From an uncultured Alphaproteobacteria bacterium (GTDB lineage Bacteria; Pseudomonadota; Alphaproteobacteria; Rs-D84), in contig CAKQGH010000006.1 of NCBI GenBank assembly GCA_934232895.1, forward strand, positions 138-64,137: a stretch of DNA of 64,000 bases, given 5' to 3'. Below, one piece after another: positions 46,901-54,500 of the stretch; positions within the stretch are counted from its first letter, which is position 1, and every line of letters begins with the position of its first letter. Position numbers and translations under genes: made by a program. The notes under the pieces are model-generated. The model made no database searches. It saw nothing but the letters and a program-made list of their open reading frames with translations, and was not told where the DNA came from.

Positions 46901-47033
46901 CACACCATCGCTGAATGTATGGATGGACGGTCGCACATATTATGGCAACGCGGCGGCGGGCAATGTTTCGGGTCGCATTCGCGTGCGGCGTGGCGACACC
47001 ACATATTCGGTATATGACGACAGTATGCAATAA
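37902..47033 (+). CDS. Giant secreted Cys-rich mosaic protein 2 (3,043 aa): ~460-aa unique N-domain, Gly7 hinge, ~10 Flg_new repeats, CxxC repeat arrays, C-terminal module shared with giant 3
   Basis: SD GGGGGG then ATG. Signal peptide MFKRRISAKFARLVAGLFAAVFLFSAPAFA. Gly7 at 39282-39302. Repeats such as YAITYNLDGGTNNASNPTKYTIETATITLANPTKTGYTFGGWYSDAALKNQVTQIAKGSTGDKTFYAKW. Confidence 0.9.
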   Translation: MFKRRISAKFARLVAGLFAAVFLFSAPAFAGNLDEIQAIYDRLTYDSQNIDDVDFFDDNQWQVIDTSQYVAGVVGNSADSAEKTTCPAYAYCSNECGASGREDMYWLYHDDGRTISDLQTELSSVMRAPSNVIDNTWKNTFAQAGRFLCPSNTVGRARSVSGNGYDPGEGCWCWWSKRAGATSGYAQLAPQVNDNVFEPVAYDAAYATRNGWYAPCEEPLGTFNVAFATGSDNSSSPEQWTWRVAQPTSTTTDWLNTSILNGDIDTSCSPGTGENSHLYLADIMVGNNSLLKETGAGTLCFDSDNVRAVAGSSCEKLLTVFAPNGLPYVYRLESITTGDLERLEMCVDPDCSLGSVYDKMDLDYSDDEGLEVQCGMVYESTDDEHPHSLCYYVGYNNGVQYRLYPYQLDYLIDIFTTMFDDSNSADWESVYNGYVGNNDITFVLGVTNDADATISGTCGSGGGGGGGTTTEYTCSAGNYLPANSTTCKTCIEGYYCPGGTWSKDATIVQGLNPCPTGYTSAAGAASRSECGLIQYTITYNLDGGTNAAANPAKYTVTTSTITLANPTKDGYTFDGWYSDSAYTTKVTKIAQGSTGNKTFYAKWTANGVACAAGKYLPANGSTCATCPVGKYCPGGTYIPSTNDQGADACPTEYGAEKESEVSTVDSAAGLIEYAFAPDVTGISSPDECTVDAAYSNASGAWIERRKFDPVVDLLYNTVVGTYYFESMAGYYLSGVNTKCMSTFGTGPSDGVVYNSIKKCDAGYYCPATASVYENNATTCGGTNNPTTLGRTQCATGYTSSAGATACTPITYKVTLDKQSGTGGTSEYYYAYETKGACYYYTSSALSTCIDSSDGQTITVPTRTGYTFGGYWTGKNGTGTMYVDSTGLTKNNLYTAVAGNTTLYAKWTGISYTVKYDANGGTGTTADSSHTYGTAKALTANGFTNGVKKFLGWSKTKTATTATYSDGESVKNLTTTDGDTVTLYAIWGECQPCTPGVGAKCELTVETGYCYYTTECLDGYIDIENDGEYNPQCTANMLTCEPGYYVPAGASECAICTNENYCPGGEYLVLAEADNGLFPCEPGVACGSEGNKSFTKYNISYDLGTGATNNAQNPVQCGVSWSYDDSAWQLTCSSVDKTECARPTDGPVSENPDYCTIAYDDGSQVYVGIEAADRDGYSFYCWHNMDDPDNTCTDDSVRMDDYTYYLEKLANKSDDDPQSVYNIRLQAVWDAWEYDIKYNLNGGSNPSGVRTKYTIESDEYTLPTPTKTGYTFGGWYENSGLTGNAVTKIASGSTGTKTFWAKWNAIEYAITYNLDGGTNNASNPTKYTIETATITLANPTKTGYTFGGWYSDAALKNQVTQIAKGSTGDKTFYAKWTLSSVTCAAGQYLPANSLSCTKCTAGYACPGGTFEYKNTDQGITQCTGATYAGAGAARCTSCPSPYTYDTSAGKTKAEQCTLKTDGGHCVITVGGDAGANCPDGYYCPGDIVVPYGSTGGTVACPDAIQNKPSKWPDNYHDVTKVALDSSWGTGAGHAGDTIDECVFAYDLENSRGTIFAVHSYNSKTGKYDIQAGDGVWMWYKSLKSGYYLGKKWTNNGKDACQVFGEGQPKLYQDALPCPTDAYCPGYDGTIESSGWPKCGDGEYAAETGYCPAIASHTVDTWSAMYRNPTIVKTSFYLDDSAADGSTFLDTGGEFGPCFAEYLLKNDAGTILTMQPYSVQTGKYEAYFDDAETLNFYKDYYAFYASLNPGYYFSKKWSRTQNGETIDWCNGASDGARLWQEAEPCPAGSYCPGLPDALADSISDLGNTPNSWPKCGDTTAYTDIYNKNSCPTTYPNSAAKSSAIEQCWLTTTAGKYVATAKADQVQCLKNNYCAGGTTVNYGSTGGMQSCATGYESAAGASSCTATEYAITYNLDGGTNNASNPTKYTIETATITLANPTKTGYTFDGWYSDAALKNQVTQIAKGSTGAKTFYAKWTAVSYSITYNLNGGTNAAGAKTSYTIETADYTLPTPTKTGYTFGGWYENSGLTGSAVTKIAKGSTGNKTYWAKWTIKSVTCAAGKYLPANSLSCGDCGAGYACPGGTFEYKNTDQGISQCTGRTKYSASGAASCSNVSSGYYTTGCDADGNGCTGQTQCTGTTYCSGGVKSDCPSGYTANTDAGKTVISQCTISVPAGKYLGTAKGTTTTSCAANTYKAAHTVNYGSTSSCGTCPADYPYSDAGAASADQCYKNGTNTGTRSEPALPTGCAAQTTTACTPGTCTYRIYKSGTTTSCTPTNCVNTHKACTSAATDYYLDSGVAKGCSVLNSAYPKSDGGNITSSSCYGTFSKSGSQVNGTTPTNCSAVTAWNACTPGTCNYTKYASGTVKADCTPTDCTKTVKSVTAKSGYYVNNNTSCSACSGLAGGFYPNSVSDNTGGASACYTNSISGKYVASTNATSATNCAAGSYKGAHTVNYGDTSSCALCATGYESAAGASSCSAIVYTITYELNGGAAATGNPATYTIETATITLAAPTKTGYTFGGWYADAAFKTPVTQIAHGSMGNKTLYAKWSGNTYTVTLNANGGTGGTTSVTATYNEQMPTLASVATMTDFALVGYFDATTGGTKYYNADGTGARVWDKTSDATLYAQWLSDFISVKCDAGKYIATGATVCTATCVAGNYCPGGTFTIPRTGATIDTGINGCTGRTRYAAAGATSCGTVSAGYYTTGCTGNDKCTGQSQCTDATYCSGGIKYDCPTAYTANIDAGKTANTQCQIKTTAGNYVSTAQSDQTTCTAGAYCPGDVLVNWGGTGGRTLCTAGTYNPNTGSSLATACVKSDAGYYVGTNGATAQTACTGATYTDTTGATKCTTCPTATKYADALAQYSYYNTGTIGDHTTKTKCQAVFNSTIDHGTLVNDACYLGSDDDYGTSTSSGASTCWLLKDGLSCDGGYYNKSQYAATRSAVLSNACIAVGAGYWSPTGELTRSQCGTGLTTIGYGAGADEAGDCGRILSYGNKTVYLRSVRKTTPSLNVWMDGRTYYGNAAAGNVSGRIRVRRGDTTYSVYDDSMQ

Positions 47034-47067
47034 AAAACGCCGCCCCATTTACAGGGCGGCGTAATTT
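47032..47067. terminator. Hairpin terminator shared by giant gene 2 (+) and rnpB (-)
   Basis: CGCCGCCC-CATTTACA-GGGCGGCG. On the minus strand it is followed by TTTTTT. On the plus strand only TAATTT follows. Confidence 0.6.
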
Positions 47068-47390
47068 CAGATGCACGGTAAGCCGGATTCTGTCCTGCCC
47101 GGGGGCAGTCGTGAAACCGCCCGGGGGTAGTGAGCATAATTAATCTGCACCCGATGTTGCCACCGAATGTCAAGCCTTCTACCCGCCCCCATCCTGGGAC
47201 CGTCATCGGGGGCCTATTTGAAGTTGCTGCGCACAGAGATTGCCCGTTTCACTCGAATTAAATCGCTTCGTCACTGTTGCTCTAATCGTCGGATTGCTCC
47301 GCTCGGTATATTAGCCGATGTGCTGTCCCACGCAGTCCGGACTTTCCTCCGCCACCCGTGGGGATGGCGGCTATGCTCTGTGCATCTGTT
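47066..47390 (-). ncRNA. rnpB: RNase P RNA (bacterial type A), ~325 nt
   Basis: The minus strand carries GGAGGAAAGTCCGGACT (CR-I), AGCAACAG, CAAATAGG, GGGTAGAAGGCTTGA and ACAGAATCCGGCTTA (CR-V) in the canonical order. P1 pairs CAGATGCACAG (5', ~47388) with CCGTGCATCTG (3', ~47068). Overlapping track ORFs are artefacts. Confidence 0.9.
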
Positions 47391-47399
47391 GTGGTGGAT

Positions 47400-48440
47400 T
47401 GTACCAGCATTTGTCAAAAATTCAACGGAAAAACGCATAAAAAAGAGAGCAAAGCGCATCCGTCTCCGCTGACGCTCCGCTGCGATAAAGAGAGCAGAGA
47501 GCAATGTTTTTATTCCATCATACCGGCGCCCGGGCCCCACGAAAATTTCAATTTCGTGGGTGGTACCCGGCCGGTATCCATTGCCCCGCAGGGACAAATA
47601 AAAAGACCACCCCGTCCGCTACGCGTCCACCCCGACCCGGGTCCCACAAAATTTCCAATTTTGTGGGTGATTCCCGGAGGGGAACTGAGTCCGCGACGGT
47701 ATTATGGGGCCCAGCATAAAAAGAATTGTCATTCCTGCGTAGGCAGGAATAGGGTCTTGGAAATTACTTCTGCTCGTTGTTGTACAATATTTGGCAAATG
47801 GTGGTGTATGCCAATATTACCTCATTCCGCAATATTCTGTGTTTGGCTCGTTGACACTCGCACTGTATAGTCTCTATTCCCGCCTGCGCAGGAATGACAA
47901 TTCTTTGTTTCCTGTCATTGCGCGCGGAGCGTGGCAATCCATAGACGGCACCACGCCCTGGCGGGCACCCCTCTGGCCAGAGGGGAACCTAGTCCGCAAC
48001 AGGTACATACTAAGTTCCCCTCCGGTGGAGGGGTGGCACGAAGTGCCGGGGTGGTCTTGAGAGTGCGTAATGTTGTATAAAAAGACCACCTCCCCCTTCG
48101 GGTACTCCTCCACAGGAGGAGAACTTGCTCCGCAACGGTGATAAAACAAATTCCCCTTCGCTGGGAAACCACCCACAAAATTTTCAATTTTGCGGGGTCT
48201 GGGTCGGGGTGGCACGAAGTGCCGGGGTAGTGGTAAATATGTCCCTGCGGGGCAATGGGCCCCGACCTGGTACCACCCACGGAATTTATCAATTCCGCGG
48301 GGCCCGGGTGTCGGGGTGACGATTTTTTTGTGCTATACCCTGCAATACTGTTGCTGGGCCCGGGTGTCGGTATGACGGTGCTTTCTTATGCCGTGGCCTG
48401 CGGGGTGTCGGATGGGTACCATATAGGCACCATTATTGTG
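47400..48440. repeat. 1-kb gene-free mosaic of palindromic repeat modules upstream of giant gene 3
   Basis: Contains a GAGAGCA-array element (47445-47505), hairpins at 47528-47565, 47640-47670, 48165-48200 and 48270-48305, and MITE-like copy 4. It also has GTCATTGCGCGCGGAGCGTGGCAATCC (47913-47939) and module copies at 48012-48128 and 48153-48266. It is partly colinear with 26336-26925. Confidence 0.8.
47726..47900 (+). mobile_element. MITE-like element copy 4 (uninterrupted, best-preserved termini)
   Basis: TTGTCATTCCTGCGTAGGCAGGAATAGGGTC ... GTCTCTATTCCCGCCTGCGCAGGAATGACAA. ~30-bp terminal inverted repeats, each itself a hairpin. Confidence 0.75.
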
Positions 48441-48509
48441 TAATTTATTGACCGGGGATTATTTTTCCAAAAAGCGTAAAAAAGTTGCGTTGTATATACA
48501 CAAAAAGTC

Positions 48510-48539
48510 TTGCGATGGGTGGTGCATTTTTTCTATGAT
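48510..48539 (+). promoter_or_regulatory. Promoter candidate of giant gene 3 (TTGCGA-18 nt-TATGAT), homologous to 27517-27546
   Basis: Same conserved block as upstream of giant 1, with a T6 tract in the spacer (48527-48532). The in-frame ATG at 48535 lies inside this -10 element. Confidence 0.35.
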
Positions 48540-48573
48540 TACACCACAAAGGTCAGGAAAAGAGAATAAAGAA

Positions 48574-51500
48574 GTGGGAATTTTGTCCAGAAATCTGCGG
48601 TTTTTAGGTGCGATTTTTGTAATGGTGTTTGGCGCGTTGTTCGGCGCCCTGCCCGCGCGTGCTGTTTACATCGAATATGAAGATTGTACGAATGGCAGCG
48701 TGTGCACGGAAACCGCTTTGGACCAAAATGTTGCCCTGACATTTCCGTTGCCAAATGGTAATTGGGCCAGTCCTGGTTGGGCAGTGTTCTCCAAAGAGAT
48801 AAAACCAGCCTCGGTGTGTTTTGACAATGGCGACTATGGTGGTGCGATTGAATTGTATACATCCCAGATCGGTACCGTTTGGGTGTATTTACAATGTAAT
48901 GAAAGTACGGGTTATTATGATACTGTGTTCAGTCATACCCAGGCAGATGGTAATCAAAATTCCGAGCTTTCGTCCGGATGGGGCTATTTATCAGTTGGAC
49001 CAGGGTATTATGCCACGAGAGGCAATATATTCCTGATTGATCCATATGTGGGAAAATGGCTGGATTACTACGGCGATGTTGAGACTTGTGACGGCATGTG
49101 CGGTGATGGTGTAATTGTCGTGCGTGATGTTCAAAAGTGCCCAGCGGGCTATTATTGCCCTGGGGCGGGGCCATTTGTGCAACTGCTGTATAATGATGAG
49201 AATATTTATGGTCGGATAAAATGCCCCGATGGTACATACAGTGAACCCGGCGCGACCAGTGTGAATGATTGTGTCCCATATGAACAAGCGGATGATGGTG
49301 CCAAACAGTATTTGGCAACATGTGAATACACATACGACAATATGGATGCCAAAATATCCTGTAGAGAGGGCTTGGTACGGGACTGTTGGTGTAAGCTGGC
49401 CGAAGATGACACCAGCCAAGCTGTTTTGAATGATTGTAGTGCAGATGTGCAAGAAGATGGTAACGGCAATCGTTATTGTGTAGTTAATTATGTGGATATA
49501 GCGGATAGTACTTATCGTGCATATTGCCGCCCCAGCACGCGTGAGGAAGATGGTCGGTCCGAGGACGATACCCTGAATTCAGAGATTATTTATTGTGAGG
49601 CGCGGTTAAGTTCAAAGAGCGGCGCCACAAAATACTATGTAAAATATGATTTGAATGGCGGTATATGGCAAAACAGCGACACAACGGGCGTCACAAACTA
49701 TATTGACGATGGGTCTGGAAGTTGCAGCGACGAAGACCGTGTATATTTGGGCGAACCATATCGTGCAGACTGCACCTTTGACTATTGGATTGATGCTAAC
49801 CGCGACGACGATGAACCATTTAATGGCACCACAGATCCAGAAAAGAACCAGTATTTTTGCCCGGGCGATTTCCAGGGTGTGTCGGTTCGTGCAAAATGGT
49901 CTTGTGAACCCGGACTGACCAAGGCAGTGCGTGAATGCGCGGCCGGTGAATATTTGCCGGCGGGCCAGGATGATTGTGTGGTGTGTCCTCCAGATGGCAG
50001 TGGCGTATATTGCCCCGGTGGTGTTTTTGGCGCAATTGGCGACGGTGGATACACCGAAGACCAGGGACGTTTTGAATGTGCCATCGGTTCGTACGAGGAT
50101 GATGGAAACCTGGGCGATACGGGTGGTGTAAAACAATGCACGGCATGTGATGGTGGGTATACCACACCAAAGGCTGGTGCGCCGAATCATTATTCCTGTG
50201 ACACGTGCGACAACAATACCAGCGGCGTTTCGTCATGGGCGACCCCTGTTTGGAACAGTAATAATTATGTAAATAATTTGTGTCAGATATCCAGTTGCCA
50301 TACGGGGTACAAAAGCGTTACCGGAGATGGCGTTGATGGTCGATGTTCCATTATCACATACAGCATTACATACAACCTGAATGGTGGAAAAAATCCATCG
50401 GGCACGCGGACATCGTACAATGTTAAATCGTCGACATATACCCTGCCCACGCCGACAAAATCGGGATACACATTTGGCGGGTGGTACACGAATTCCGGTC
50501 TGACGGGAAATGCCGTGACAACAATTGCGGCTGGTTCGATCGGTAATAAAACTTTTTATGCCAAATGGACGGCCAATGGCATCACATGTGCGGCCGGGAA
50601 ATATTTACCAGCGAACAGCACAACATGCACCACCTGTCCAGCTGGGTCATATTGCCCGGGCGGAACATGGTCCCAATCGTCCAGTGCCCAGGGTTTAAAC
50701 ACATGTCCATCGTTTGGTGATGTTAACAGTAATTTTGACTCGTTGGTTGCTGGCGATAACTCTTGTATGGTAGATGGCGGTTTTGCACCAGATGTCACGG
50801 GAATTACCAGTAAAAGTGGATGTGTATATGATGCAACATGCGGGACCAAAGCAAGCTGGGTTGAACGTCGTGGGTTCAGTTCGGCCAGTGCGACATCGTA
50901 CGATAAATTGATTGGCACATACTATTTCGATGTTCCTGCGGGATACGGGTATTATATGAGTGGACCAACCACGAAATGTTTAAACACATTGGGTTCTGGC
51001 CCAAAAACGTCTGGTGTTGGGTACAGCACCCTAACCAAGTGTGAGACGGGGTATTACTGCCCGGGTGGTAATTCGTACGCTAACAGTGCGGTCACATGTG
51101 GCGGGACAAACAACCCACAAATCATTGGGCGTACCCAATGCCCCACCGGGTACACCAGTGCCGCCGGTGCGACCAGCGCCAGCGCATGTACCGCCGCAAC
51201 ATATAAAGTGACATTGGACAAGCAAAGTGGTACCGGCGGTACATCGGAGTATTATTATCAATATAACACCAAGGGTACATGCTATTACTACACCACATCG
51301 GCGCTTTCCACCTGTACCGACAGCAGTGACGGTCAGAATATTACCAAACCAACCCGCACCGGATATGATTTCAAGGGATATTACACTGGCACAGATGGCA
51401 CCGGCACACAGTATGTGAATGCCAGCGGTTTGGCCATAAATAACCTGTACAAAACCGCTGGCAATCGCACACTGTATGCGAACTGGTCACCAAAAACATG

Positions 51501-54500
51501 GTATGTGTATTTTTATGATGATGTAGCGGCTGGTGCGTGTAGCGGGTTTGTTGGTGTGTACTCTTTGGAATACGGAAATACAGCATCTGGTATTAATCAG
51601 CCGGATGGCTGTGAGTGGTATGATGACGATGGGTATTCAGTCATGCCAAAGGGTGATGCGCCAAATGGATACAGATTTGCCGGATGGTATACCGGCGAAA
51701 ACGGTACAGGAATTCAATTGACCGACGAAAACGGCCGAATCCTGGACAACGTATTTACTACCGATTTTGGCGACGACGGTGCGGAAATTGCTGCATACGC
51801 TAAATTTGTCCCCAATGTCACGCCGACATTTACCGTCACGGTAAAAACGACCGAGGCAAATACCGCGTTTTCGTTCAAACTGGCCGCAACCGGTACTTTC
51901 TATGTTGATTGGGGCGATGGCAGTGCCATGGAAACCATAACCAGAACGAACACCACACAAACCACATATTCACACACCTTTGCCACCGCCGGCACATATA
52001 CGGTTGGTTTTGCCGGCCGCGCAACCGGGTATGTCACACAACCCACATTGTCGGACAGTGCTTGTACATCGAATGCTGGAACTTCGGCCTGTGGCAATTC
52101 AATTCCGGCGTTTACATTACAGGGGATGGGTAAATACATATATGGCATGTCGGGTTCAATTGGGTCTATATTCCCAACATTGGCCAGTGGTGCCCAGCCC
52201 GGATTCCGTTTTGCATTCAGCAGTATCCAGGCAACATCAATTCCAGAAAATCTGTTCAGTGGTATTACTGGAACACCCACGGCGTGTATGTTCAATGATA
52301 CATTTTATGGTGCGAAAATTACATCGATTCCGGAAAATTTATTCCATGGTATCACCGGCACAGCCCCCGGGTTGTTCAGTGGTACATTCTGGGGGACGAA
52401 AATTACATCAATTCCGGCGGGGTTGTTTTCGACCATTACCGGAACACTGCAACCATATATGTTCGAGGCAACATTTATTGATACAACCGCAGTGACATCG
52501 GTGCCGGCGGGGCTGTTTGGTGGCGTGACCGGCGCGCCCGCCAGATGCGCATTCAAAGATACGTTCAGATCTGCCGAGGGCGTGACGGCGTTGCCCGCCA
52601 ATTTGTTCCCGAATTTAAGTGGTAAACCCGGGTACTATTCATTGAAAAATATGTTCGCGTTGGCCAGCAACCTGGCGGGCTATGTGCCGCAGACAATGTT
52701 TTCAAACCTGGACAGCACCGGTTACAGCGCGGGCCCAATGGACAGTATATTTGTCGATACCAAATTGGAAACAACATGCCCGGCGGGAAAATATCAATAC
52801 CTGACCGGATTCGAGGACGATTGGGAAAGTGGTATTGTGTGCAGTGACTGTGCCCAGACACCATATACCGATTCCGGTACCGACACCGAGACAATTACCA
52901 ACGGTTCGCGTTCACGCACAAAAACACGCAGTTGCTATAAAACCAGTGTTGCCGGCAACAAGGGCGGCATTGCGGCGTGCGATGCATCGACATCGTGTGG
53001 TGCGTATACGTACGGCGATTGGACATATACTTGCAATACCGGGTATCATTTGTCTGGCACAACATGCGTCGCAAATACGTATACGATAAAATACCAGTCC
53101 GGTGTAAATGGTGCCACTGTCTTAGGTACAATGCCAGATACAACCTGTACATACGATCAAGATTGCAAATTGGCGCCCAATGGATTTTCAATACATGAGA
53201 AATGGAAATTTATTGGTTGGTCCCGACAGATCTTGGCCGATGCGGAGTACGCAAATGGTGCCACTGTAAGGAATTTGACTAGCCGTAATGGTGGTACGGT
53301 ATATCTGTATGGCATATGGGAAGATTGTCCCGCGTGTAATGCGACTAATGCGAATTGCACCTTGACCGCGCCACTGGGTGTGTGCACATACACCACATCG
53401 TGCAAGACTGGTTACGGCAATATTCAAAACAACGGCGCGTACAATGCATCGTGCAGCGCCAGCACATACACCATTACATTGCGCGACTATGCGGACGCAA
53501 ATACGCACAGCACCATATACCAGGTCTATGGCAGTAAATATTACAGCGACACATCAACCGAAACCGCCATTACCAAGGCCACGGTGCCAACGCGCAGTGG
53601 GTACAAATTCCGCGGGTTCTATACCGTAAAGCAATCTGATTTGACCGGCAACGGCGGCAGTGGCACGCGCCGCATTACATCGGATGGTACCCTGCCTGGA
53701 AATACCACATTTACGGCCAGCACAAAACTGTATGCCGCATGGGCCCAGGATTGCACAACCCCGTCAAATGGTACCTGCAGTTTGACAATAAATACCGATG
53801 GCACCGCGACGTATACCGCGTCGTGTAACAGTGGGTACACTGTGTCGGGTGCAACCACCGCAACACCGTCATGCACCGCGAACACGTATACCGTCACATA
53901 CGCCGCAAATGGTGGCACGGGTTCGAACCAGACACAGTCTGTGACATATAAATCGTCGTTCACGACCAAGGCGTCAAGTACATTTACCCGCAGCGGTTAT
54001 ACATTCGCCGGATGGGGTGGTAATTATCCAAAATCGAACACGGCATACACATATACCACCACGGGCAACACAACGCTGAACGCCCAGTGGTGCCAGAACT
54101 GCGCATCGGTATCGAACGGCTCGTGCACATTGACCGTGAATGAAGCCACCGGTGCCTGCACATACACCACATCGTGCAATGCCGGATACACCATCAGCAA
54201 CAACGGTAAATACAACCCGACCTGCACCGCAAATACGTATACTGTTTCGTTCAATGCCAATGGCGGTTCCGGGGGCCAAAGCACATCGGTGACCGCAACA
54301 TACGGCGCGGCCATGCCGGCAATAAGCACCACCGCCCCAACCCGTACCGGATATACATTCGGTGGGTGGTATGACACCAGTGCGGCAACTGGCGGCACAC
54401 AGTACTATACCGCGGCGGGCGCATCGGCACGCAGTTGGAACAAAACCGCAAACACAACGTTGTATGCGCGGTGGACGGTTAAATCAATAAAATGTGCGGC

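Noticed and set aside
46940-47597. Track ORFs 46940-47206 (-), 47167-47472 (+) and 47271-47597 (-)
   Set aside because: They overlap the RNase P RNA gene and adjacent repeat elements.
48535-48573. ATG 48535 as the start of giant 3
   Set aside because: It is in frame and cannot be excluded. However, it lies inside the conserved -10-like TATGAT and has no SD. GTG 48574 follows GGAAAAGAG and gives a signal peptide aligned with giant 1. It is kept as an alternative only.
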